Assembly: GCA_905372855.1 (NCBI GenBank)
Contig: CAJPQF010000001.1
Location: forward strand, 1,521-65,520
Direction of reading: 5' to 3'
Length of the DNA: 64,000 nucleotides
Source: Candidatus Saccharimonadota bacterium
GTDB taxonomy: Bacteria; Patescibacteriota; Saccharimonadia; Saccharimonadales; Saccharimonadaceae
The notes beneath the pieces are model-generated. The model saw only the letters and a list, made by a program, of their open reading frames with translations, was not told where the DNA came from and ran no database searches. Within the stretch, counting starts at the first letter, position 1. The number at the start of each line of letters is the position of its first letter. A program made the translations under genes and the position numbers. This document shows positions 1-9,918 of this stretch, one piece after another.

Positions 1-62
1 AGGTTGCGGAGCGTGACAGAGCCGCCTACGCCATGTTGTTACAAAAAGGAGAATTATCATGA
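1..62 (+). CDS. 3' end of an upstream CDS (partial)
   Basis: Open frame VAERDRAAYAMLLQKGELS* ending in TGA that overlaps the ATG at 59 (ATGA coupling). Confidence 0.5.
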   Translation, partial: VAERDRAAYAMLLQKGELS

Positions 63-247
63 AGCAATTACAACAATGGGTGATGCAAGTTCGCTATCCG
101 TATGCCGCGGGAATCATCGCCGTGATGTGGATTGGCACGGCGTTTTTCGCTTACCTGAAACCCGACGTCCCGCTTGAATTTTTGGTCGGAAGCCTTGCCA
201 TTAGTACCATTATCATTGCTATTACCGGGCTGTCGGAGGCTCGTTAA
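59..247 (+). CDS. small two-TM membrane protein
   Basis: AAGGAG RBS; two hydrophobic segments. Confidence 0.65.
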   Translation: MKQLQQWVMQVRYPYAAGIIAVMWIGTAFFAYLKPDVPLEFLVGSLAISTIIIAITGLSEAR

Positions 248-255
248 AGTTCATA

Positions 256-876
256 ATGGTCACCGATCAACTCCTCGCCAAATATCCCATCATTTCTGAC
301 CAAGTTGACACCAAAGAACTTAGCGTCTTGCTACGAGAGCTGGAAAAGGTACTGCAAAGCGGCGCGACTGGCAACATCGTCGAGTTTGGTTGTTATGTCG
401 GCACAACTAGTTTGTTCATTCGGCGGCTGCTGGATGCCTATGATTTTACCGGTGAGTTTCATGTTTACGATTCGTTTATGGGCTTGCCAGAAAAAACCCA
501 AGCCGACGCCAGCGCTGCCGGCGAGCAGTTCAAAGCGGGCGAACTCTTGGCGCCACGTAAAACCTTCATTCAGAATTTTAAGAAGGCCGGCTTGAAACTG
601 CCGATCGTTCACAAGGGTTGGTTTGCTGATTTTACTCCTGACGACGTGCCAGAAGATATTAGCTTTGCGTTTTTTGACGGCGATTTTTATGAGTCAATTG
701 CCGATTCATTTCGCGTGTGCGGCGGCAAGTTTCAGAAAACGGCGACCATTGTCGTTGACGACTACGCTAATGAAGCTTTGCCAGGCGCCGCGCGGGCGGT
801 CGATAAGTGGCTGGCTAATAATCGGCAATATACGTCGAAAACAGAGTCTAGTCTGGCAATTATTCACATCCTTTAG
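256..876 (+). CDS. TylF/MycF-like SAM-dependent O-methyltransferase
   Basis: GNIVEFGCYVG, YDSFMGLPE, HKGWF, FDGDFYES, VDDY motifs. Confidence 0.85.
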   Translation: MVTDQLLAKYPIISDQVDTKELSVLLRELEKVLQSGATGNIVEFGCYVGTTSLFIRRLLDAYDFTGEFHVYDSFMGLPEKTQADASAAGEQFKAGELLAPRKTFIQNFKKAGLKLPIVHKGWFADFTPDDVPEDISFAFFDGDFYESIADSFRVCGGKFQKTATIVVDDYANEALPGAARAVDKWLANNRQYTSKTESSLAIIHIL

Positions 877-897
877 TACTGCTTTTCTTAAAGTAGC

Positions 898-935
898 TTG
901 ACTTTTTATAGTACCTTGTATAGCATAGTACTATA
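898..935 (+). promoter_or_regulatory. sigma70 promoter overlapped by an inverted repeat (putative PadR operator)
   Basis: TTGACT(898-903)-17-TAGCAT(921-926); TATAGTAC(907-914)/GTACTATA(928-935). Confidence 0.6.
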
Positions 936-961
936 TATAACAAAACTATAAGGAGTAAGGC

Positions 962-2263
962 ATGAGAAGAATCGATATTATCAAGCGGGCGGGGCGCAAT
1001 CTCCGCCAGTCGAAGGGTCGGACGATTTTGACGGCGCTGGCGATTTCTGTCGGGGCGTTTACGATTGGCTTGGCACTGATGGCTGGCGAGGGCGGCCGGT
1101 TATATACCAATAGTATGGTTGACGCGGCTGGCGATAAAAAAGTGATTATGGTTCGCAAAAAAATTGAATCGAACAACAAGGAAGAAAAATTACCAGAGTA
1201 CGGCGCGTCGGAAAAAACAGAAAAAGAGCAAGAGGAGAAGCAGGCAGCAGCTATGCGTAGTAAATATTCAATGAGCGACGCCGACCTTGCTAAATTGCGA
1301 AAAATTTCGCATGTACAAACGGTTACTCCGGCGTATTCAACTGCCGGCGTGGCGTATGCTAAAAGCTCGGGTAATGATAAGAAATTTGCCTTGGAAGTAG
1401 CAGTAAAGGCCGATAAAACGCGGGCAGAATTGGCGGCGGGCAAGCTGGACAATTTCATGCCAAAGCCTGGTGAAATTATCATCCCGGAGGCTTATGTCAA
1501 GCAACTGGGCTTCAAGGACGCGCAGTCGGCGATTGGACAGACGATTACGTTGGGTTTGCGTAGTGCGGAGCAGAGCGGCGAGGTTGCTAAGGAGATGTCG
1601 CTGAAAATTATTGCGGTTGACAAAGAGTCGGATACGATTTTGTACTATCAGCCGACGCTGCGAATCTCGACCGCTGACGCTAAGGAAATCTACGAATTTA
1701 GCCACGACAAAAGCCAGCCGAACGAATATTCGACGGCTCTGGTGTCGGTTGATGATGAGAAAAATATCGATGCGGTGAAGGACGAAATTAGCAAAGACTA
1801 CAGCGCCTATTCGATTCAGGATGTGCGCAAGACGCTGCTCACCATGGTCAACGCGGTGCAAGCGGCGCTGGCGGGATTTGGCGGTTTGGCGCTGCTGGCG
1901 AGCGTGTTCGGGATTATCAACACCATGTATATTTCAGTATTGGAGCGAACCAGCCAAATTGGGTTGATGAAGGCGCTGGGAATGAGCGGCCGCGATATTG
2001 GCAAATTGTTCCGCTACGAGGCAGCGTGGGTTGGTTTGTTAGGCGGCTTGATTGGCGTTGGGCTGGCAAGCTTGGTGAAGCTGCTGAATCCAGTGATTGC
2101 CAGCGCGCTGAAGTTAAGCGCAGGGACGAACTTGCTGGTGATTAATCCGCTGCACATTGGTTTGCTGGTGATTGGTCTGGTGGCGATGGCGGTTATTTCC
2201 GGCTGGCTGCCGAGCCGCAAAGCGACAAAATTAGACCCAATTGAGGCGTTAAGGACGGAATAG
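962..2263 (+). CDS. ABC transporter permease, MacB/FtsX family
   Basis: N-terminal RTILTALAISVG TM, large external domain, GIINTMYISVLERT..IGLMKALG, LDPIEALRTE. Confidence 0.9.
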   Translation: MRRIDIIKRAGRNLRQSKGRTILTALAISVGAFTIGLALMAGEGGRLYTNSMVDAAGDKKVIMVRKKIESNNKEEKLPEYGASEKTEKEQEEKQAAAMRSKYSMSDADLAKLRKISHVQTVTPAYSTAGVAYAKSSGNDKKFALEVAVKADKTRAELAAGKLDNFMPKPGEIIIPEAYVKQLGFKDAQSAIGQTITLGLRSAEQSGEVAKEMSLKIIAVDKESDTILYYQPTLRISTADAKEIYEFSHDKSQPNEYSTALVSVDDEKNIDAVKDEISKDYSAYSIQDVRKTLLTMVNAVQAALAGFGGLALLASVFGIINTMYISVLERTSQIGLMKALGMSGRDIGKLFRYEAAWVGLLGGLIGVGLASLVKLLNPVIASALKLSAGTNLLVINPLHIGLLVIGLVAMAVISGWLPSRKATKLDPIEALRTE

Positions 2264-2273
2264 GAGAGAGATC

Positions 2274-2972
2274 ATGATTGAACTAAAGAATGTGACGAAA
2301 ATTTATGGCAAAAAGAAAAACCAATTTACGGCACTGAAAAATGTCAGCTTGAACATTCCGACGGGCGCGAGCGTGGCCATCCTCGGCAAATCTGGTTCTG
2401 GAAAATCGACGCTGATGCACGCGATCTCTGGGCTGGACAGGCCGCAGCATGGTCAGGTGATCATCGACGGGCAAGACATCTTGCAGCTAAAGCCGAAGCG
2501 TGTCGATGAGTTTCGCGCCAAGAAAATCGGCTTTATCTTTCAGAGCTTTTTCGTCCAAGGCAATGAGAGCGTGGTTGACAACGTCAGCTTGCCGCTGGAA
2601 ATTGCCCGGCTATCGCGCAAAAAGCGGGCGCACAAGATCAACGCGGCGCTTAAAGCGGTGGATTTGTACGATAAGCGAAAAAACCGCGCTAAGGATTTGT
2701 CGGGCGGGCAGAAGCAGCGCTTGGCGATTGCTCGGGCGATTGTCGGCGATCCGCAAATCATCTTTGCTGACGAGCCGACCGGCAACCTGGATAGCGAAAC
2801 TGGCGCCAAAGTGGAAGAATTGCTATTTGATTATAACAAGCAAAAGGGTGTCACGCTGATTGTGGTGACACACGATGCCGACCTAGCGAAAAAATGCGAT
2901 TATCAGATTATAATTAAAGACGGGCGGGTTGAGAAATCGACCGTGCCAGAGGAGAGAAAACATGGACGTTAG
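2274..2972 (+). CDS. ABC transporter ATP-binding protein (LolD/MacB type)
   Basis: [30 protein letters not shown]. Confidence 0.95.
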   Translation: MIELKNVTKIYGKKKNQFTALKNVSLNIPTGASVAILGKSGSGKSTLMHAISGLDRPQHGQVIIDGQDILQLKPKRVDEFRAKKIGFIFQSFFVQGNESVVDNVSLPLEIARLSRKKRAHKINAALKAVDLYDKRKNRAKDLSGGQKQRLAIARAIVGDPQIIFADEPTGNLDSETGAKVEELLFDYNKQKGVTLIVVTHDADLAKKCDYQIIIKDGRVEKSTVPEERKHGR

Positions 2973-3309
2973 TGCTTACGCCGAAAGCTTGGCGATTCAG
3001 CTGCGCAAAGGTTTCCTGGTATACTGTGTGCTGCTGGTGTGTGCTAAGCAACCACAGTATACTGGCGATATCGTCAAGCAACTGAGTGATTCGGACTTGA
3101 TGGTAGTGGAAGGCACGATTTATCCGCTACTCAGCCGCTTGCAAAAATACGGCTATTTGCAGCACGAATGGCAGGAAAGCGAGCAAGGTCCGCCGCGCAA
3201 ATATTATTCGCTGACTGACAATGGCAAGCAATTGGTGGATGAATTGAAAGATCGGATAAAGCTGTTAAATAATTCGCTGAAAAATCTCGAGAAAGGAGCA
3301 AAGCGATGA
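2962..3309 (+). CDS. PadR family transcriptional regulator
   Basis: QLRKG, EGTIYPLLSRL, GPPRKYYSLT; ATG 2962 after GGAGAG. Confidence 0.9.
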   Translation: MDVSAYAESLAIQLRKGFLVYCVLLVCAKQPQYTGDIVKQLSDSDLMVVEGTIYPLLSRLQKYGYLQHEWQESEQGPPRKYYSLTDNGKQLVDELKDRIKLLNNSLKNLEKGAKR

Positions 3310-4604
3310 AAGAAATAACCAGAATCCATTTGGCGAAAACGCCGTTTAGCGCGGAGATTGACGCCAAAAAATCATTGGAGAAATATCTTAATTCAATTCA
3401 GAAAAACATGCATGCCGAGCCGGAAGCCATGCAAGAAATTGAAGCGCGAATGGTGGAGCTTTTGGCGGAGCGCGGCGTGGCAAAGGACGGCGTGATTGGT
3501 AACGATGATGTTCTGGCGATTCAGAAACAGATGGGCGAGCCGCGCGATTTTTCGGACGGTAGCGACAATGCGGAGACAGATGTTGACGTAGATGACGAGG
3601 TATTGGGCAATTCGTCTAAGCAGCTAATGCGCGATACTGAACATGGTTTGATCGGCGGCGTGTGTGCTGGCGTAGCGGCGTATTTTGGCGTTAATCCGTT
3701 GTGGATACGCTTGATTGCCATCTTTTCGCCGTTTATAACGTTTGGCACGGCGGTACTGATTTACATCGTGATGTGGTTGTCGATTCCTGAAGCGCGGACG
3801 GCTTCGGACAAGCTGCGGATGCGCGGCGAGCCGGTAACACTGGACGCGCTCAAACGCTTGTCAGTTGACGATAGCACTGAAAAGCAGACAGCAAGCACCG
3901 CTGCCAAGATTTTCCGCTTTTTGCTGGGAATTATACTGGCGCTGATAGCGTTTGGACTGCTGGTGGCGCTGCTGGTCGGCGGCGTGTTTGGCTTTGGTGC
4001 AGTGGCAGCGTTGAACGGATTTACCGCGCAAAGCTGGGCGTGGGGATTGCTATGCTGCTTGGTTTTGGGCGGCGCAGTTTTGTTCACCTTGACGTTGCTG
4101 GCTACCTGGAGTGTCTTCACCTGGAAGCTGAAGCGTCCGGCGATTATGGCAATGCTGGGTCTATTGATGGCTGGCGCGGTTTGTTTGTCGGGTGTGGCAA
4201 TTTTCAGCGCTAATACTTATTCTAATCTAACTTACGATTACGAGAAAACTCTAAAAGTTAAAACTGTTGACGCCTCAGAAGTTGCTGCCGGCGCTAAAAG
4301 TATAGTAGTTGATGGCAACGGTGAATATGTTGCGATGGAATATGGCGGCTATGCCGAAAAGACTCGGTTGGAAGTGAAATATCACGACACGCAATATTCC
4401 AAAGTACCGGAAGTAAAATTGCGCCGCGACGGCGACAAACTCGTGGTTAATGTGAAAAGCCAGATAGACGAGACGTGCAGTCATCGCGGTTTCACGGAGT
4501 CTATGCGCTGCCGCTACATGTACGGCCCGGTTTCCGTCAGGGTTTACGGCCCGGTGGATTTGCTGGCGCCCGGCCGCGATAATACGTTTAATTATAACGA
4601 TTAA
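3306..4604 (+). CDS. PspC domain membrane protein
   Basis: LMRD...IGGVCAGVAAYFGVNPLWIRL PspC motif; further TM segments. Confidence 0.85.
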   Translation: MKEITRIHLAKTPFSAEIDAKKSLEKYLNSIQKNMHAEPEAMQEIEARMVELLAERGVAKDGVIGNDDVLAIQKQMGEPRDFSDGSDNAETDVDVDDEVLGNSSKQLMRDTEHGLIGGVCAGVAAYFGVNPLWIRLIAIFSPFITFGTAVLIYIVMWLSIPEARTASDKLRMRGEPVTLDALKRLSVDDSTEKQTASTAAKIFRFLLGIILALIAFGLLVALLVGGVFGFGAVAALNGFTAQSWAWGLLCCLVLGGAVLFTLTLLATWSVFTWKLKRPAIMAMLGLLMAGAVCLSGVAIFSANTYSNLTYDYEKTLKVKTVDASEVAAGAKSIVVDGNGEYVAMEYGGYAEKTRLEVKYHDTQYSKVPEVKLRRDGDKLVVNVKSQIDETCSHRGFTESMRCRYMYGPVSVRVYGPVDLLAPGRDNTFNYND

Positions 4605-4607
4605 AAC

Positions 4608-4640
4608 TTTAAGCAACTTTTCATGACACGCCTATACAGT
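4608..4640 (+). promoter_or_regulatory. OmpR-type direct-repeat promoter, copy 1
   Basis: TTTAAG-N5-TTTCAT-N10-TACAGT. Confidence 0.55.
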
Positions 4641-4647
4641 AGCGCTC

Positions 4648-6627
4648 ATGAAAGCAGCTACAATTACTCAACCCTTGGCGTTGGCGGCTCCGGCAGTCGA
4701 CGACCAAATTTTGCGACCGCTTAATCCGCGGACATTGACGGTTGATATCGTATTGCCAGTTCTTAACGAAGCTCATGTGCTTGAGCAGCCGGCTACCAAA
4801 CTGCATAAATATCTTGCTAGCAATCTGCCGTATAAATGGCGTATCGTTATTGCCGATAATGGCAGCACCGACGACACAGCGACAATTGCTCGCTGGCTAG
4901 CTGAGAGACATCCAGAGATCCGCTTGCTGCAATTGTCAGAAAAAAGGCCGCGGCCGTGCTCTTAAACAGGCTTGGGTGAGTAGCAAGGCGGATATTCTAG
5001 CCTATATTGATATTGATTTGTCGACGAATCTTGACAGTTTTAAACCGATGATTACGTTGCTGATTACCGGCGATGCCGGACTAGTGATCGGTTCGCGGTT
5101 AATGAAACAATCGCGAACGACGCGCGGCTTCAAGCGAGAGTTTATTTCGCGCTGCTACAATCGAATTATTCGCGCTACTATGAAGACTGGTTGATATTGT
5201 TAAAACGGCAACAGAGGATATTAAAGGTTTGTCGCGAGTACGCCAAGAATATGGTCAGTCGAGTTTCGGCGAGATGGCAGCGTTTGGTGGTTTATTGCTT
5301 TTCACGGCGATATTTTATCTATGGAATTTGACCATTAATGGCATGGCCAACAGTTATTATGCGGCGGCTGCGCAAGCGGCAAGTACTAACTGGACGGCAT
5401 GGCTATTCGGCAGCTTAGACGCGGCGAATTTCGTTAGCGTCGACAAGCCACCAATTAGCATGATGATTATGGGACTGTTTGGCCGGATATTCGGTTTTTC
5501 GTCGTAGAGCATGCTGTTGCCGCACGCGCTGGCAGGTATCGCTACGGTGGCGCTGGTTTATTTAACGGTTAAACGATGGTACGGTGCGCGCGCTGGTTTG
5601 ATTACCGGAATCGTAATGGCGATGATGCCGGCGGCAGCACTGATGTTTCGTTTCAATAATCCGGATAGCTTTTTGACAGCTAGTGCTTACGCATTCTTGC
5701 GATCATTTGAAGACAAACGGCCAGTGCTATGGCTGAGTCTAGCCGGACTTATTTACCGGGCTTGCTTTTAATACTAAAATGTTGCAAGGCTTGCTGGTAT
5801 TGCCAATAATGTCAATGCTTTACATTAGTTTTTCACCGCCAAAATTGGTTACTCGTTTGTGGCATCTCGGCGTGGCGGGTGTCGTGACGGCAATATCGAC
5901 GCTTTGGTGGAGCGTTTTGGCGTGGCTGACGCCAGCAGCAAATCGGCCGTGGGTTGGCAACACTAATGATAATAATATTTGGAGCTTGATATTTGGTTAT
6001 AATGGCTTTGGGCGTTTGTTCGGACATGGCAGTGGTCCTGGTGGCGGCGCACCAGGAGGTGGTAGAGTAGCAAATATGACGCAAATAGGTGCGCAAGCAG
6101 CACAACCAGCTCAAATGACGCCACTGACGGGCGGCGGGCTTGGTGCTGGCAGTCGCGGCGGCGGGCCGGGTGGCGTTGGTTTTGGCGGCGAGACAGGATT
6201 ATTGCGTATTTTTAATGAAAGCTTCGGGCCGAATATTGCTTGGCTGATACCAATAGCACTGATTGGCGGCGGGCTAGTGATTTGGCTATTGCGCCGGGTG
6301 CCGCGCCGCAACAAAGAGCGGGTTGGTGTGTTGTTGTGGCTGGGCTGGCTGCCGATTCAATTATCAAGCGGCCAGCCAGTCATGGCCATCGGCGGCTTCA
6401 GTGTTAGTGACTCGACGTTGACGCTACCGCAATTCAAACAGCTTGTTAAACAAGGTAAAGTTCGCTATTACGTAGTAAACAGCAGACAAGGGAAATCTGG
6501 CGGCCCCAGCGGTATGGGTGGACCAGGTAGCAATTCCGAGATTCTAACATGGGTGAAAAGTGCTGGTAGTAAAGTTGATTACGGCGGTACGCAATATACA
6601 GTTTATGATCTTGCGGCGGCTGCTTAA
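4648..6627 (+). pseudogene. disrupted GT2 (Dol-P-Man synthase-like) + ArnT/PMT-type glycosyltransferase fusion
   Basis: DIVLPVLNE, IADNGSTD, YIDIDLST; VSVDKPP, FNNPD, VMAIGGF; +1 shift in A6 run 4940-4945, deletion near 5190, in-frame TAG 5505-5507, frameshift near 5751, deletion near 6350. Confidence 0.85.
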
Positions 6628-6655
6628 GAATACTTTAAGCTCAACCGCGCATACT
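6623..6655 (+). promoter_or_regulatory. OmpR-type direct-repeat promoter, copy 2
   Basis: CTTAAG-N5-TTTAAG-N10-CATACT. Confidence 0.65.
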
Positions 6656-6685
6656 GTCATTACAAACCTAAGCAAAGGAGTGAAT

Positions 6686-6943
6686 ATGACCAAGAATTTG
6701 AATTTGACAACTGATGAAGCGCTTGTCTTGCAGCAGATTAGCGAGAGTGGCGAGGAAGACCTGACAGGACTAACCGAAAGCTTGCAAATGAGCCGTCCGA
6801 AATTGATGACACAGCTGAGTCGCCTCAAAAACAAAGGTTTAATCAAAATTAAAACTACCGCTGGCGATTGGTGGATTTCGATGAGCCGCCGCGGCAAGCA
6901 GACGACTCACTACTTGTGGCCAGAAATGTCCTTAAATTACTAA
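6686..6943 (+). CDS. small winged-HTH (MarR-like) protein
   Basis: AAAGGAG RBS; LTESLQMSRPKLMTQLSRLKNKGLI wHTH pattern. Confidence 0.7.
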   Translation: MTKNLNLTTDEALVLQQISESGEEDLTGLTESLQMSRPKLMTQLSRLKNKGLIKIKTTAGDWWISMSRRGKQTTHYLWPEMSLNY

Positions 6944-6976
6944 ACCATTAAACAAAAGAAAGGTTATAATAAAATT

Positions 6977-7666
6977 ATGAAGATTTTGGTTGTTGACGAC
7001 GAGAAGAGAATTGCCAGGTCGATCAAGCAAGGGCTCGAAATGGACGGCTACGCGGTTGATATCGAGTATGATGGCGAGGATGGCTACAATGCAGCGCGGG
7101 CTGATGATTACGATCTCATTATTCTCGACGTGATGATGCCGATCATGAATGGCTTTGAAGTCGCCAAAAAGCTGCGCGCTGACGGTAATAAAACGCCAAT
7201 CTTGATGTTGACAGCCAAAGATCAGAATAAAGATATTGTGGAAGGCTTGGATAGCGGCGCCGATGACTATTTGCCGAAGCCGTTTAGCTTCGAGGTTCTC
7301 GGCGCTCGCGTTCGGGCGTTGCTGAGGCGGCCGCAGGATGTACTTGATAACATTTTGACAGTGCGCGACCTTGAACTTGATATCGCTAATCACACTGCTA
7401 AACGGGCTGGTAAAGATATCAAGCTATCTAACAAAGAATTTGCCATTCTTGAATATTTGCTGCGCAACAAGAATCAAATTCTTAGCAAGCAAAACATCAT
7501 GACGCACGTTTGGGACTTTGATGCCGATATTTTGCCGAATAATGTTGAAGTTTTTATTAACTATTTACGCAACAAAATTGATAAGCCTTTTCCAGGCACT
7601 GATCCGATTATCCAAACGGTACGAGGGTTTGGATACATAGTTAAGGACGAGATTAGAAAAGCATGA
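6977..7666 (+). CDS. OmpR-family response regulator
   Basis: ILVVDDE, LDVMMP, GADDYLPKPF, IQTVRGFGY. Confidence 0.95.
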   Translation: MKILVVDDEKRIARSIKQGLEMDGYAVDIEYDGEDGYNAARADDYDLIILDVMMPIMNGFEVAKKLRADGNKTPILMLTAKDQNKDIVEGLDSGADDYLPKPFSFEVLGARVRALLRRPQDVLDNILTVRDLELDIANHTAKRAGKDIKLSNKEFAILEYLLRNKNQILSKQNIMTHVWDFDADILPNNVEVFINYLRNKIDKPFPGTDPIIQTVRGFGYIVKDEIRKA

Positions 7667-8676
7667 AAAATGTTGGTCAACGTGCCGTTGTTCGCTTAGC
7701 GGGGACCTATTTGGCGATAATCATGTCTATGTCGGTCGCCTTTAGTTTGATAATCTATGGACTATCAAGCCAAGAATTCCATCGCCGGCCGCCAAATGAT
7801 CAGCAAGCAACTTCTACGATTCGTTCCGCCGAGCCAGGTACGGTTATTTCAATTCATAGCTATCTTGATACGCGTGAAGATGAAGCGATGGCGGCGATTC
7901 GCCTAAACTTGCTGCTGGCAAATTTGACGGTGTTTTTGATAGGTGGACTAATCAGCTATCTGCTAGCTCAGCATACGCTGCAACCAATTGAGGATAACAT
8001 GGCGGCGCAATCGCGTTTTGTCAGTGATGCTAGCCACGAATTACGCACGCCGTTGACCGCACTACTGGCAGCTAATGAGGTGGCATCAATGAATCCGAAA
8101 TTGACACTCAAGCAAGCCAAACAGGTTATTGCTGACAATGTTGATGATGTTAAACGTTTACAAAAATTAACCAACTCAATGTTAGGATTGCTCAAAGAAG
8201 ACAAGCTGGAAATTCAGAAAAGCAAGGTCGGTTTGCAATCGGTGATTACTCGGGCGATGAACCTAGTAGTAAATCAGGCTCTGGCAAAAGATATTGCTAT
8301 CGATGATAAAACTAAAAATTTTTTGCTGCTTGGCGATCGACAAAGTTTAGAACAGCTTTTCACGATTTTACTAGACAATGCTATTAAATATAGTAACAAA
8401 GGCGGTACCATTACTATTTCTAGCAGCAAAAAGGGTAGGCACGTCAGCGTTGCTGTAGCGGATGCTGGTATCGGCATGAGCGACGAAGTAAAGTCGCAAA
8501 TTTTTACGCGATTTTATAGAGCTGAAGAGTCGCGTACTACTGCTGGATACGGCTTAGGCTTGTCAATTGCCGAGCGGATTATTAGAGCGCATGGCGGACG
8601 AATTAACGTCGATAGCGAACAGAATGTTGGTTCGACTTTTACAGTCATTCTTCCTGCATACAACAAGAAAAAATAG
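7663..8676 (+). CDS. sensor histidine kinase
   Basis: 2 TM, DASHELRTPL, LDNAIKY, DAGIG, GYGLGL. Confidence 0.95.
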   Translation: MKNVGQRAVVRLAGTYLAIIMSMSVAFSLIIYGLSSQEFHRRPPNDQQATSTIRSAEPGTVISIHSYLDTREDEAMAAIRLNLLLANLTVFLIGGLISYLLAQHTLQPIEDNMAAQSRFVSDASHELRTPLTALLAANEVASMNPKLTLKQAKQVIADNVDDVKRLQKLTNSMLGLLKEDKLEIQKSKVGLQSVITRAMNLVVNQALAKDIAIDDKTKNFLLLGDRQSLEQLFTILLDNAIKYSNKGGTITISSSKKGRHVSVAVADAGIGMSDEVKSQIFTRFYRAEESRTTAGYGLGLSIAERIIRAHGGRINVDSEQNVGSTFTVILPAYNKKK

Positions 8677-8679
8677 TTT

Positions 8680-8712
8680 TTTAAGGCGTCTTTAATAGCT
8701 CCTAGTTATTAT
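8680..8712 (+). promoter_or_regulatory. OmpR-type direct-repeat promoter, copy 3
   Basis: TTTAAG-N5-TTTAAT-N10-TATTAT. Confidence 0.6.
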
Positions 8713-8748
8713 TTTAATCAGTATTAATTAACAAAAGGAGATGAATAA

Positions 8749-9093
8749 ATGCCAACTAAAATTGAAGATGGTTTTGAAATGCCTTCTGGCGGTACGCCGT
8801 CAATACGGCCAGTGACGCAATGCTCGTCTATGACGCCAACTATGATTTTGGCCGTCATAGCAATTGTGTTGTTCGCTGGCGGGTTAGGCTTTGCTGGTGG
8901 CATGCAGATCAATAAATTGTCGCAGAGTAATGCAGTGAGCGGTGTGCCTAGCGGGCCAGTACAACAACAAACTAATCCTAGTACAAATAATACCGCCACG
9001 CCGCAAGGAATGTCTAACTCATCAAACAATAATCAACAAGCAGGTCCACAAACTAACGCAGGTACACCAAATACCAATATGAATAACAGCTAG
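8749..9093 (+). CDS. single-TM protein with N/Q/T-rich low-complexity tail
   Basis: AAGGAG RBS, one TM segment, polar tail. Confidence 0.65.
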   Translation: MPTKIEDGFEMPSGGTPSIRPVTQCSSMTPTMILAVIAIVLFAGGLGFAGGMQINKLSQSNAVSGVPSGPVQQQTNPSTNNTATPQGMSNSSNNNQQAGPQTNAGTPNTNMNNS

Positions 9094-9839
9094 TAGCTGA
9101 TTCCAGCAGATTTCATTGCTGGCTGGATAACGAACTTTTCAAAATTATCAGCATTAGCCCAGACATAACTAGCGTTAGTATCGGTGTTCGTGCCGCTGAC
9201 CAGCTTGCCGTTGAGAACTTTTTGATTACCTACGTCCTTGCCATTGATGAGCATAGCTGGAGTACCGCTCACGCTATCTTTTTTGCCGAGTGCCATGTCG
9301 TAGTCAATTTTTTTACGGATTACTGGGTTCTCGAGATCGGTTTTGAATTTGTCCACGTTCAGGTCTTTAATGTCTGAAGCTAGTTTCACGAAAGCATCAG
9401 TGCGCGTAGACCCAGACAACTCTACCCAGCTAGCTCGATTTTCGAAAAGCGAGTTGTGCATTTCCCAGTACTTACCTTGCAGTCCAGCTGATTCGGCGGC
9501 AGCCGCCGCGGCCAGCGCGTTCGGGTGAGCGCTAGTTAGCGGATAGTTGCGGAAGATAAACCCGATCTTGTCTTTGTACTTTTCAATGACTTTTTTGGTG
9601 ACTGGGTAAGATGAATTGCAGCCTGGACATTGAAAATCGGCATATTCAACTAATAGCACTTTGCTGTTGGCATTGCCATAAACATGCTCGCTAATATTGC
9701 CGCTTTCGCTCGATGCTGGCTGCGCCTTCGTAGTATCGACGCTTGAAACATCAATTTGATTGCGCTGCTGTAAAAAAATCAAGCCGCCAATCAATCCTAC
9801 GCACATCGCCGCAAAAATAATCCATGCCTTTTTGGTCAT
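9090..9839 (-). CDS. DsbA-family thioredoxin-fold protein
   Basis: N-terminal TM, EYADFQCPGC, GTPAM. Confidence 0.9.
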   Translation of the reverse strand: MTKKAWIIFAAMCVGLIGGLIFLQQRNQIDVSSVDTTKAQPASSESGNISEHVYGNANSKVLLVEYADFQCPGCNSSYPVTKKVIEKYKDKIGFIFRNYPLTSAHPNALAAAAAAESAGLQGKYWEMHNSLFENRASWVELSGSTRTDAFVKLASDIKDLNVDKFKTDLENPVIRKKIDYDMALGKKDSVSGTPAMLINGKDVGNQKVLNGKLVSGTNTDTNASYVWANADNFEKFVIQPAMKSAGISY

Positions 9840-9918
9840 ATTTCCTCCGCTTATTACTAGAGGATATTATACTGCTTATGAGCTCGCCAATCAAGCGGGC
9901 TTGCGGTACAATATATGT

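Noticed and set aside
4940..4945. Phase variation via an A6 tract in the glycosyltransferase
   Set aside because: The tract is short and the gene has several additional irreversible lesions
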